Shown piece after piece: positions 52,320-64,000 of a DNA stretch of 64,000 bases. A program made the translations under genes and the position numbers. This stretch comes from Phoronis australis (lineage: Eukaryota; Animalia; Phoronida), in the NCBI GenBank assembly GCA_002633005.1, contig NMRA01000333.1, positions 248,001 to 312,000 of the forward strand, read 5' to 3'. The stretch's first letter is position 1. Each line of letters starts with the position of its first letter. The notes beneath the pieces were generated by a model that ran no database searches, was not told where the DNA came from, and saw nothing but the letters and a program-made list of their open reading frames with translations.

Positions 52320-55300
52320 CTGAAATTGAAAGAGACATGACTGCAGCAGGCAGAACAATTTGTGAGCTCAGCAAGTATTGTGCACCAAATTATACACCAC
52401 GCCGGACAAGGTCAGGGTCTTTTTGTCCCATAATTTTTTATGTGTTCTGTAGAAAGGAAATAGGTACCAGTAATGAACCGAAGTACGAAGACAACACAAC
52501 AAAGGTAAAACCTAAAGAATAATTAATAATAGACTTATGTAACGTGCCTGCATTTTGAGAACCAGTTTTCTCCACTAAATAATGGGCATCAAACTGGTTC
52601 TCAAAATGAGGGCACGTTATATCCGACTATTGCAGACTAATTTTTTTTTTCTGTAAGGGAAAGCAACCGCTTTTGACGCTACGCTTAATAAAAAAAAAAC
52701 AACAGACTAATGGTCACCTTGGAAACATAACATTCCATTTTAATTACTTTTCCCCGATGAGTATTAACTATCCATGGAACATCAGAATGGGACATAAACG
52801 GACTGACACAGGACTCTCTTCTCATTTCTACATTCACTTCCAATGAGCACACATAACGGCCTATTCCCTACAGAACACAGACTGTGCATGTCATTCGTGT
52901 TTGGTCAACGCAACTGAATGCAGCACCAAGATGCGCGTCCGGCTGTTTACATCCTTTGTATTGATCCATGGTTACCGCGTACTCGCCATGGGAACAGTAA
53001 TAAACAGGGGAAAATGTCTCTACATCGTAATCAGGGATCTGCATTTATAAACAAAAAACAGTTGTTTCCCCTTTAAGTCACTTTGTAACACAAGAGACAC
53101 ATTCTTGTCTATACAAACACTAGCACTAAGATCATCCTCCGAATGCATGCATGCTTAATCTATTCAGATGATCAGAGAGACCCTCAGTCGAACTAGTGTG
53201 TAAGTACCAAGCCTCCTATTGTCATTGATTTGAACTACAGGATCTTAGATGACTCAGTTACCTTATTAGGATGTTGGGAGAATTGTTCTTTGTGGGCGTG
53301 GAGTCGACCGTGACAACATTGATGTCCTCGGGAGTTATGGCCTTAGTGGCTGGAATACTGACGGGATCGATGATGATGTGGTCAGACGGTGGAGAGTTCA
53401 CTGCTAAGGGTGATGTGGTCAGTGTAGTCTTAGCGTCCCTCTTAGTGGACGGGAGGAGAGGGTAGTTCAGCTGTAGCACTGTTGCTGCTGGCGACGTTGA
53501 CAGTCCGGACAATTTGCCTGCAGGGAGACAGGTGACATGAGTACACATCAATTATACAGGGTGTTCCAAAAAATACTTGTGTAGTTTGAAGTCAGGAGTT
53601 CAATTTCAGTCCCGTAAATCAGACTCTGTCCATGGGCCTACTGCGTGGTTACACCTTGGAGTGAAAGCAGGCGCGTAGGCGACTGAGGCACTGTGCAAAC
53701 AGGAATGGCAAACCATTCTGGACATTCAAAAACGTCAAGGAAATTTCAAGAAAACTTAATTTTCCCACTTTGGTTCATAGACTCATTTTTGATCAACCCT
53801 TCATGACTTTGAACCACTAATCTGGTTTGTCACTTGAAATGTGATCACGTTTTTGAGATCCCCTGTGCACGTCATTAAACGCAACTTTAGGCTTAATTAT
53901 GCTCAGTAGAAGAGACTAGAACAAACTAAATGAATGATGTAAACAAGGATGAGAAATGCAGGAATGCTCATCAGTTTCACAACTGAAATTCTTGCTTCAG
54001 GTATCACCTCAACAACTTAGGTCTTTTTTAGATGTTGATCTTGATGTGCAAAGTGATAGAATGCTAGATTAATGACGAGATGTCGATAAGAGGATCGATG
54101 GCGTGATGAAAACCTGCATAAATGGTAACTCTGCACTTGTTTAGAATGCAATACGGCCGACAAGTGAAATCTTATTTTGTTAAACTTCTCCACAAAAGTA
54201 AAGATCAAGAACATTTTAGTGCATTACACGAAGGGATTCTAATGGGTAAATGTCATAAAATAACATTTCCTAAAATTCCCATTACTGGCTAAAAAGAAAA
54301 ATGGGAAAAGTCATTTCAGCAATTATTTCTGTGCAAAATAAGAGAATTGCTGTAGGCTATTGTACAAACGATCTAGACTTAAGAATTTCTTCCTGCTCAT
54401 GATCACATTTCGATTGAATGCATGACACCGAAAAAGGCGATCTCCCTGAACCTCAGCAACAGGGAATAAATTGCCATCATGGTGTCAACATGCACTGTGT
54501 CACATTTCATCGAAGCATGCATTTTATACTCACTATTATTTAGAGGGCCATTGGGCAATGGCTGGCTGACGATCACAGACAGAGATTTAGTAGAGGGCGC
54601 TGTAGTAGCTAGAGTAGCAGGTAATGACGGAGTAGCACCATTTTCAGTTTTCACGACAGGGACCCCTACGGGGACAGTGTCTGCACACTGCTGGGCATCA
54701 CGCACCGCTGAGGCAGCGAACTTGGCCGTCGCAGAGTCAAGTGTAAAGCGCGAAGTGGGTTGTGACGCGAAGGAATGTTCAAGATTGATGGAGGCGTCGA
54801 GGTCAAGCGACTCCTGTCGCAGCAGCTGTTCCTGCTGTTGGCGCTGCATTTGTAATAGTTGTTCTTGGTGGCACTGAAAACTCTCCATATTGAACTCTAC
54901 TGGTGTCGAAGACAGGCTGTGGTCACCCACGTCACCGCTCACCAAGCGCCGCTCTTCTGTTGGCGTGCGTGGTCGATAGTGCGACCTATTGGGAGGATGG
55001 AGAAAAATATCAAATGAGAATACCATGTAGCAAGTTCTCGCAAACAGCCCGGCCCCGAAATAATCTTAATAGCAACAGCGTTTAGTGTCTGAAGAAAACG
55101 AAATCAAAGCCTGGTTGGTTCCCTCAACATCAGCCTTGAAATTATACTTACTATGACAGGATTTATTTCTGTTGTCACAAACACCTAGAATCTTTACGAA
55201 TAAAAAATACTTCACCAAATCATGGGGCAGGCCAACCTACCAAAACTGGACAGCTTCAATTCCATTACAAAACAGGTACAAAATACCAATTGGACAATTT

Positions 55301-58300
55301 AGTAGAAGGTTACTTGGCTGGGGTCAAGCGTATGGACAACATGAGAACCAATTAGGACAGCGAGACACCACAACCAGCACCCTCAGGTTGGAATCCACCA
55401 ACTTTGCAGTCTTCAATCAATTTAATGTATGTGTTTGCAAATATGTTGTTTATCATAAAACCGCAGTTTTCTTATTCCCTAAGTATAGTCACTGAAAACG
55501 ACAGCGTACTGATGTGACAATGATGAAGAAAGCATCCAGCCGCCTGCTTCAGTTAAATACAACTTTACAGCATACGCTTTCACGGATTCCAAATGGAAAC
55601 AACCCATTGTCAGTTTTGGCATAATTCTACGTTTACAGTCTGTGTAAAAACGAGGTAAAGCATACAATATTTTAGCTAAACAAGCCGCAACGCGCTGAAC
55701 AGAAACCAATCACTCACCACTTGTTGTCCTTTATATATGAGAACAGCTTCCCCTTTGAGTCATCAACATCACCAGTCGATGACATGTCGAAGTCCCTCAA
55801 ATCATCATCCCAGTCGCTGAACGCTCGGTCGATAAGAATTCTGAAAGTCACAAGGAAATGGAATATTGTTGAAACCAACATTTTTAATCAACTCTTGGGC
55901 ATTTGAATATACAATCCCCATGGCGACCCTTGACAGTGTACAGCAAGAAGTAAGTCCTGCTTACAAATGTGTTTCAATTACATCAATTACATCACCAGCT
56001 GATTTCAAAGAATTGGACAAATACTTTCTTGTTGGAATACCTGCGAAATTTCACAGCAGCAGAATTTTTAATACTTTCATATATATGTATATTTCCGATC
56101 TCTTCAAAGAAATTCAACAGAAATTCGGAAAAATAAGACAGCTTTGACTACATATCACTAATTAACGGTAGTTTTTTTTTTTGAAAATTACCAGTTTCCA
56201 GACCACGTGTTCACCTGAAAAAGACAACACAAATGAAAACAGTCCCTACCATGCCAACAGGATCATGGCTACAACTTGTGTTTTCACTTTCAACAGTTTT
56301 ATAAGACGTTCATGTCCCACGAACGAATAGCAATTTTTGCTATTGATTGTTGCCAAGCATAACTGAAAGTAAAAATTACCAACAGAAGTAGCGAAAGGAG
56401 TTTTTGGTCGTTTTATGAATTTCTCAAAAGTTTTGACCCTTTCTCATATTCCACGAGTATCCTACCCATGAAAACTATCTTTGCCATTTTCCAAGAGAAG
56501 AGAAAACTAATTTGTATAAAACATACCTCCCTCCCCTACCAACACGACGTCTTGCAAAGCCGATACACCGACGCGGCATGCTGAGCGATGTGAGAGAGTA
56601 CCTATATTTTTTGTCACCGAACCCACCATCATCCTGGCTACACCATGGCCAGTTTCCTAAGCCGTCCAGGATTGGCTAAAAAGAGAACATATAATGTAAC
56701 CAAAGCTGTGATTGGCTGACAAGTCATGAAATCTACACCAGGATTGAATAAAGTGAAAGTAGGGCAAAATCAATTATCCACAGAGATGTTTATTAACAAC
56801 TCATCCAGCAAAGACTGGCAATGTTCAGCAAAGCAAAGTGTCTGAGCAGTCACGACTTGTTAGTATATACACATATTTCCCCAAGACGGATCTCCTATTT
56901 CCTTCCTGTATAAAGATTTCTAGTAGAAGACTAAGTTGCTGTGCAATAACTAAAACCAATTACACGAAACATGTTGAACATATTGGCATATTTCCCAAAC
57001 CTGGGAAAATTCTCAAGTCACAACTGAGAATGTCAAAGCCAGACAACAATTCTCCCTAAATTCGTTTCAAAGTTTTGTTGACTTCCAAATTTTAATTATT
57101 AACAGTTTTCCTAAATTCATAACCTATGATTCACATTATTGTTCCGTTTATTTCCTGAAATCTGTCCATTTTCCATCACAGCAATCAGCACATGTCAAAC
57201 ACGTGCTTAAATTACAACAGGAGGTTGGAATTGTTCGTCAAAAATCTGGCAAAATCGGTCAACTATGCACCACCAGTGCATATGATTGTCTGCGTTTCAC
57301 GTTTGTTCGTTAGCAGGAGGAATTGAGTTAGAGAATGAATAAACATTTAAAGGGAGAAAATGGAGAGGTACGCACAAGATCCCGAGAATGAGGCACGACC
57401 GTACGGCCTTTTTTGGTCGACAACTTTGATGCCTAATCAGCACCCTCACATTTCATTTTGTGACTTTCAGTTTTGGCGACCTCAGATTTCGTTTGGCGAC
57501 CTGGGATTTTTGCCAGGTCGCTAAATGTGACTAGGGGTTAACCTAAGCGTCGAGCGCTGTACAGTTGTCGTCTGAGTACATACCGCTTGGTAGGAACAGT
57601 TAGATTTCCGTCGGAAGGCGTACACACCGTCAGGGTCGTTCTCGTCTTCATGGTCAGACGAAGACACCATCTGGTGAAGAAAATCAAAACGACATATCAA
57701 CAGGTAGGCTTAAACTTCATATAAGCAACAGAAATTAAATAAAATGAAATTCATTTGTAAACAGTGGATCACTACTCCCATAAACATCTAGTAATAGCAG
57801 TTAAACAAAAAATAACAATCACTATTTCTTTGAATATCCAATAAAAGGCCAGTTCTCTCTTCTGGTCAATGGAAAAAATCTTTGTTAATTTTGTAACGAT
57901 TTAGTAGTTTCCATGACTTTAGCCAGAACTTCAAACAAACTAGGTAAATTCTGACGAAATTCGTCACCGTTTTTTCCGTAAACTGCTGAAATTTAAAATC
58001 TCTGTAAAGCACGTCACTAGCAAGTCAGAGCTGATGGTACTCACTGGTGACAGACCATCGTCCTCTGAGCTGTAGGCGTCCGTGTGTAGGATGTCCACCT
58101 CGTGGTACTGGGGTAATTGCACTGTTGGTTGGCTAGCCTGCTGCTGCTGTTGCTGCTGCTGCACAGACTGTTTTGGTTTGCGCTTCTTGTAGCCTCGTTT
58201 CTGACGCACAAAACCTGGCTCATCCGGCTGCTGCAAAACGACAGCAATGTTTTACGTGACCAATTGACCTGTCACAAGCTCCGCCCCCTTGCAAAATGTC

Positions 58301-61300
58301 AACAAACAAACAATAAAAGTTGTTAGTCGGGTAAAATGGTGGCTTGGAAACGAAGGTGTGTCAAGAATGCTGCATTCTGATTGGTCAGTTAAGCTGTCAC
58401 TCAAAATCTTGGTTTATGTTACAAAACCCAGCACTGTATAAAATGTTAACTGTCGTCTCATTGAGCCAGACCCTGCTCGTGTCACACCAACTAAGTGGGT
58501 AGTGCAAATAGGGTCTCGCCCCTCAACTCAAGTCACCCTATTAGTCTAGTGCCCTATTCACATTGCGCCGACTCAGCGTGTAGTACAATAAGCCCCACCC
58601 CCAACTCACCCTATTGATCCAATCCGTTCACATTGTACNCCCCCCCCCCCCATAAATTATCCAAAGAGTTCCTATTCACGCTGAACAGGCTCAGCGGGTA
58701 GCTGGGAGAAGCCACCCCACCCCCACTTACCCATTGAGCCTGTGCTCACATTGTTTCTGACTCAGTGAGTAGCCCAAATAACCCCCATCTCCCCCCCAAC
58801 TCACCCTATTGGTCCAATCCCTGTTCACATTGTATTGGCTCAGTGGGTAATAGGTGGGTCGAGTATGCTTTTGTGCCTCTGCCTTGGCCAAGAGCTCACC
58901 ACTGAAGTCTTCAATGTCATACCTACAACAAGAAGGTCAACAATAAAACACAGGTGTCTCCACTAATTGGGGCAGACTAGGTTTTAAGCACATACATACA
59001 TGTGCCTTTGTCCCACTTATAGCTGCAGGCTCACCACCTGGATACAAGTCAACACCAACCATTTTGTAGCCGTAAATAATGCCTCACTTTCATGTTCCTA
59101 GTGTTATCCATAGAGGCACAGCTTCACCTACAGATATCTGGCCATCAAAGCATCTACAACATCTTTACACCAACGACAGCTTTCATAAGAGATTTACAGA
59201 CGGATAAATGTGGAGTTCAGAAGTTGTCTTGATGCGAGAAAAATCTCGCCAAAACCACACGATCTCATTCAAAATACATGGTACTATCTCGCAAAGTCTC
59301 ATATTTCTAGCGAGATCCTAGCGAGCTTCTAGTGTTGCTGAACTCTACCCAGGAGTTCACTATTTCCGTGACAACATCTCAACAAACAGATTACAGGGAG
59401 ACAACAAACAGAATATTGGCAATTTTTTGTGGAAAACAATATCACAAAGAACATTCATTCAACGACCAATTTGATGGAATAAACTGTGAACACAAGTGTC
59501 TTTAAATTTACATCAGTAACTATAAATTAGGAACAATTTACAAACTGAAGAACCTTTCTAAGGCCATGACAGCTAACAACAAATATTCCACATTTCAGGC
59601 ACACTAAAAGTTTAGCTGCACTTATAACCTGCTCAACATATTTACCGTTTCTCAACAATTTCTATAGTCAACTGCAGCAGCTCTTTTTTCGTTTTTTCTC
59701 GCCTTTTGATCATTTCGAAGAGTGTACTGAAAATAACGATAAAAACATGGACTCATTGATGAACAGGACAACACATAACTAATTATCACTTTAACCATCT
59801 CAAATGACTGACACAGTATTACGAGTACTTAAAGTTGAACTAATGGTAATAAAGTTTTCAACTGTCAAATTAACTTTACAAACGGTAAATATTAGCCAGC
59901 AGAAACCAATCAACATCACACGCATCGAAGTAGGGTGATGAAAATCACAAACTGCCTGAATTAATCTAAACACAGAGACCATTACACCTTTGAAATAAGC
60001 TGTGTTGACATTTGACCTCATAAAACTACCTTTAAACTTACAAAAAGTTGGCTTAAACCTACATTTTGCTGTGTTTAACTGGCGAAAAAAGCCTTTACTA
60101 TCGTAAATCGATCTCATAATACATCTTACCACAATAGGATTTCGTTTCTGATACCAACAAGAATGTAGAAACAATTAGCAACTGAAAAAAACGCTTCAGA
60201 ATTTATTTGGGTTGGCCAACCCCAAAATTACGGATTTGAAAAGTTGCCTGCATGCATTGCCCGCCACTTGGGTTGCCAGCTGTCTTTGCCAGTTATCTCG
60301 ATGAAATACAACTTCGTAAAATCGATGTCTCGACAAAATTCAACTTCGTAAAATCCATATTGCTACTTACACAGTTCTATTTAAATCTCGTCTAAGTTTC
60401 AACATCTTTTCATACGATACTTCATCATTTTTGCGATTCTGAAAAACAGATTAACTCTTATAATCGTAGAGACATTTTTCAAAACAAAACAAATATCATC
60501 CAGTAAGTACAAGTTGACAGCGAAGCAAGAGATCAACAGATGTGTCCACTACTCGCCTGAATCGCCATTATGCTGAAATCATCATTATGCTGAAGACGAT
60601 GAGAAATCAGAAGAAGTCACAGATTGTGAACCTTAGGAGAAGCTAGAATTCTAAGCAGATTTGAATTTCGCTGAATAACCAATGAGCAGTACTCTTCAAC
60701 AGTTTTGTTTTGACTACTACACACCCACAAGCAAAGAAACACAGACTGAATTAGACTGCTAGAGAAACACACGTAAAATATTGTTAATTAGTAGGGTTCT
60801 GATGGACACTTGATTTAATAAATTTCATTCAAAATGACAGAAAAGTCTCAATAACTAGCGTCTAGTCTTGACCATTCAAAATGCGGAATGGCAGACCTAA
60901 CGACATGGCACATTTTTGACTAACAGAACAACAAACAACAACCAACAAGGAATCAAGTGTGATCAGGTAAACCAAGCTTTGACTAAGCGACAAGTTTTAG
61001 TAGTAAGAAAACTGTGACGTAATGAAGGCAAATTTACCATTCGACAGCAAAAATGAATGTAATTCCTGCTCACCTTTCTGGTCTGCATTTTCTCTGTCCG
61101 CCTTCGGAATGCCACGTATGGGTTGTTGGTGGTCGACCCATCCCTCTTCTCTGTCTTGACCAAAGGTATAAGAGACTGTTGCTGTGAAGACACACTGACT
61201 CATCACAGTCTGACACAACACGGTTGATGTGAAATAACAAAGTAAATATGGACACTCATGTCAGACATAATCACACGTCAATGAGCACACTTTGAAGTCC

Positions 61301-61959
61301 TGGGGACGACTAATATAGCAGGAAACAACACAATATATTTCAAGTTCTACTCAGCACTGTTTCGTTAAAATGACCACTACCTTGGGGCATTCCGTTTCAC
61401 AATGGGGATTTGATTATGCGACGAGTAACAAAAAATACCCGCGTGAAATAAAGCAGGTTTACACCTCTACTTTCCTATGTTAGTATATGTTAAGAATGCA
61501 ACTGTTATTTATTGCTTAATAAACTGCTGCATATAAATTTTACTTGTCTTATTTTAAACTTGGCTATTTTTGACCCACCAAAGCGTGCTCAATTGATAAA
61601 CATAGTGCTTAGCAATAGTGACCGTATAATTAAAGTTGAAGGAAGTTAAACTGGTGATTCCTGTACACAATAATATATTAAGAGTAGTCAGGACCTGTGT
61701 TGCCTAGCTATGATAAGGAACCCATGACACTTATTTTAATTACAAAATATGATTTTAATACAGGACATAGTGTCAAGTTCCTCCTGTAATGACTGAAGAT
61801 GAAACCAGTCACGATCAAACCTTACTCAATATGGCTGTATATTGTAATTTCAACAAAACTTACTGTCCTGAGTTTCTTGTTGAGCCAGTAGTCATACACG
61901 GCTATAATGAGATCGTCATCCTCTTTTAGTAACAGCTTGGCTTCCGGTAGTGTGACCAC
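52250..61959 (-). CDS. EPC1: Enhancer of polycomb homolog (EPC1/EPC2, NuA4/TIP60 subunit), spliced, 5' exons outside window or in gap
   Basis: 12 GT-AG exons with consistent phases: 61959-61864, 61181-61074, 60438-60371, 59726-59646, 58922-58805, 58230-58045, 57670-57584, 56675-56527, 55840-55718, 54985-54534, 53517-53262, 52319-52250. Motifs EAKLLLKEDD..VYDYW, NPYVAFRRRTEKMQTRKNRKNDE.SYEKMLKLRRDL, DPDG.YAFRR, RRCIGFARRRVGRGGRILIDR, C-terminal MEVT-stop. Confidence 0.95.
52530..52629. mobile_element. Short palindromic element related to 44714-44828
   Basis: TAACGTGCC..CATTTTGAGAACCAGTTT...AAACTGGTTCTCAAAATG..GGCACGTTA; shares AAACTGGTTCTC and TATATCYGAC with the other copy. Confidence 0.6.
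53262..53517 (-). CDS. EPC1: EPC exon (S/T/P-rich)
   Basis: KLSGLSTSPAATVLQL...; phase 1-2 links to the terminal exon. Confidence 0.82.
54534..54985 (-). CDS. EPC1: EPC exon (EPcC region)
   Basis: HYRPRTP...FQCHQEQLLQMQRQQQEQL...FTLDSATAKFAASAV. Confidence 0.9.
55718..55840 (-). CDS. EPC1: EPC exon
   Basis: ILIDRAFSDWDDDLRDFD...IKDNKW. Confidence 0.9.
56527..56675 (-). CDS. EPC1: EPC exon (EPcB domain)
   Basis: GNWPW...KYRYSLTSLSMPRRCIGFARRRVGRGGR. Confidence 0.94.
57584..57670 (-). CDS. EPC1: EPC exon
   Basis: SSDHEDENDPDGVYAFRRKSNCSYQA. Confidence 0.92.
58045..58230 (-). CDS. EPC1: EPC exon
   Basis: RQKRGYKKRKPK, poly-Q, YSSEDDGLSP; CAGCAG tandem acceptor. Confidence 0.88.
58805..58922 (-). 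CDS. EPC1: EPC exon
   Basis: YDIEDFSGELLAKAE...DWTNR; donor GTGAGT. Confidence 0.88.
59646..59726 (-). CDS. EPC1: EPC exon
   Basis: TLFEMIKRREKTKKELLQLTIEIVEKR. Confidence 0.93.
60371..60438 (-). CDS. EPC1: EPC exon
   Basis: NRKNDEVSYEKMLKLRRDLNRT. Confidence 0.93.
61074..61181 (-). CDS. EPC1: EPC exon
   Basis: SLIPLVKTEKRDGSTTNNPYVAFRRRTEKMQTRK. Confidence 0.94.
61864..61959 (-). CDS. EPC1: EPC exon
   Basis: VVTLPEAKLLLKEDDDLIIAVYDYWLNKKLRT; CAG acceptor, GTAAGT donor. Confidence 0.93.
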
Positions 61960-61984
61960 CTGCACAGAGATGTGAAGCGCGTGA

Positions 61985-62137
61985 CAAATGTGACGAATGT
62001 GAGAAATGTGAAGGGTATGAGAAATGTGAAGGGTATGAGAAATGTGAGGGGTATGAGAAATGTGAGGGGTATGAGAAATGTGAAGGGTATGAGAAATGTG
62101 AAGGGTATGAGAAATGTGAAGGGTATGAGAAATGTGA
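61985..62137. repeat. 18-bp minisatellite running into the gap
   Basis: (GAGAAATGTGAAGGGTAT)n. Confidence 0.93.
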
Positions 62138-62925
62138 NNNNNNNNNNNNNNNNNNNNNNNNNNNNNNNNNNNNNNNNNNNNNNNNNNNNNNNNNNNNNNN
62201 NNNNNNNNNNNNNNNNNNNNNNNNNNNNNNNNNNNNNNNNNNNNNNNNNNNNNNNNNNNNNNNNNNNNNNNNNNNNNNNNNNNNNNNNNNNNNNNNNNNN
62301 NNNNNNNNNNNNNNNNNNNNNNNNNNNNNNNNNNNNNNNNNNNNNNNNNNNNNNNNNNNNNNNNNNNNNNNNNNNNNNNNNNNNNNNNNNNNNNNNNNNN
62401 NNNNNNNNNNNNNNNNNNNNNNNNNNNNNNNNNNNNNNNNNNNNNNNNNNNNNNNNNNNNNNNNNNNNNNNNNNNNNNNNNNNNNNNNNNNNNNNNNNNN
62501 NNNNNNNNNNNNNNNNNNNNNNNNNNNNNNNNNNNNNNNNNNNNNNNNNNNNNNNNNNNNNNNNNNNNNNNNNNNNNNNNNNNNNNNNNNNNNNNNNNNN
62601 NNNNNNNNNNNNNNNNNNNNNNNNNNNNNNNNNNNNNNNNNNNNNNNNNNNNNNNNNNNNNNNNNNNNNNNNNNNNNNNNNNNNNNNNNNNNNNNNNNNN
62701 NNNNNNNNNNNNNNNNNNNNNNNNNNNNNNNNNNNNNNNNNNNNNNNNNNNNNNNNNNNNNNNNNNNNNNNNNNNNNNNNNNNNNNNNNNNNNNNNNNNN
62801 NNNNNNNNNNNNNNNNNNNNNNNNNNNNNNNNNNNNNNNNNNNNNNNNNNNNNNNNNNNNNNNNNNNNNNNNNNNNNNNNNNNNNNNNNNNNNNNNNNNN
62901 NNNNNNNNNNNNNNNNNNNNNNNNN
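62138..62925. other. Assembly gap
   Basis: N run. Confidence 1.
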
Positions 62926-64000
62926 GTTAACTTAGGAACAGTTTACAAACTGAAGAACCTTTCTAAGGCCATGACAGCTAACAACAGATATTCCACATTG
63001 TAGGCACACTAAAAGTTTAGCTGCACTTACAACCTGCTCAACATATTTACCGTTTCTCAACAATTTCTATAGTCAACTGCAGCAGCTCTTTTTTCGTTTT
63101 TTCTCGCCTTTTGATCATTTCGAAGAGTGTACTGAAAATAACGATAAAAACATGGACTCGGTGGTAAACAAGAGAACGCGTAATTAATAATCACTTTAAC
63201 CATCTCAAATGACTGACACAGTATTACGAGTACTTAAAGTTGAACTAATGGTAATAGAGTTTTCAATTGTTAAATTAACTTTACAAACTGTAAATGTTAG
63301 CCAGCAGAAACCAATCAACATCACACGCATCAAAGTACGGTAATGAAAATTACAAACTGCCTGAATTAATCTAAACACAGAGACCATTTTGCATCAACAC
63401 CTTTGAAATAAGCTGTGTTGACATTTGACCTCATAAAACTACGTTAAAACGTACAAAAAGTTGGCTTAAACCTACATTTTGCTGTGTTTAACTGGCGAAA
63501 TAAGCCTTTACTATCATAAATCGATCTCATAATAGATCTTACCACAATAGGATTTCGTTTCTGATACCAACAAGAATGTAGGAACGATTAGCAACTGAAG
63601 AAAATGCTTCAAACTTTATTTGGATTGACCAACCCTAAAATTGCGGATTTGAAAAGGTGCCTTCATGTACGGCCTACCACTTGGGTCGCTAGATGTCTCG
63701 ACAAAATGCACCACCTGCCACTTGGGTCGCTAGATGTCTCGACAAAATGCACCACCTGCCACTTGGGTCGCTAGATGTCTCGACAAAATGCAACTTTGCA
63801 AAATCCATATTACTACTTACACAGTCCTGTTTAAATCTCGTCTGAGTTTCAACATCTTTTCATACGATACTTCATCATTTTTGCGATTCTGAAAAACAGA
63901 TAACTCTTCTAATCGTAAAGACATTTTTCAAAACAGAACAAATATCATTCAGTAAGTACAAGTTGATAGTGAAGCAAGAGTTCAACAGATGTGTCCACTA
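62926..64000 (-). other. Second copy of EPC segment about 59525-60550 (exons 63888-63821 and 63131-63051), probable alternate haplotype
   Basis: Begins right after an N gap, colinear with the first copy, out of exon order; exon differences are synonymous. Confidence 0.8.
63677..63792. repeat. 41-bp tandem triplication
   Basis: CCACTTGGGTCGCTAGATGTCTCGACAAAATGCA at 63677, 63718, 63759. Confidence 0.85.

Noticed and set aside
53258-53261. EPC stop codon at the end of ORF 53258-53551
   Set aside because: The TAA overlaps a GTAACT donor; splicing gives the conserved MEVT terminus at 52250

Overview
AT-rich animal (bilaterian invertebrate-type) genomic DNA with two assembly gaps and several single-N joins; no prokaryotic features. 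Minus strand: (1) a TIMELESS/timeout (TIM2) gene, 22 GT-AG coding exons traced from the ATG at 43661 to 17857 (976 codons, all phases consistent; the C-terminal PARP-binding exons were not found, so the last traced intron probably runs off the left edge); (2) the 3' part of an Enhancer of polycomb (EPC1/2) gene, 12 coding exons from 61959 to the conserved MEVT-stop at 52250. Plus strand: a class A GPCR with an intronless ORF (12827-13897), apparently nested antisense in TIMELESS, with a GnRH-receptor-like N2.50/D7.49 swap and no TM3-ECL2 disulfide; and tRNA-Thr(CGT) at 45731-45802. The most striking repeat is a Helentron/HINE-like family (6 copies, same orientation) whose internal ~145-bp subunits each carry a CTCF-consensus motif. 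Also present: three tandem arrays that multiply real splice sites, hAT/Harbinger-type MITEs, a Penelope GIY-YIG remnant, minisatellites, and three duplications best explained as haplotype assembly artefacts. All calls were made by eye, with no database searches.
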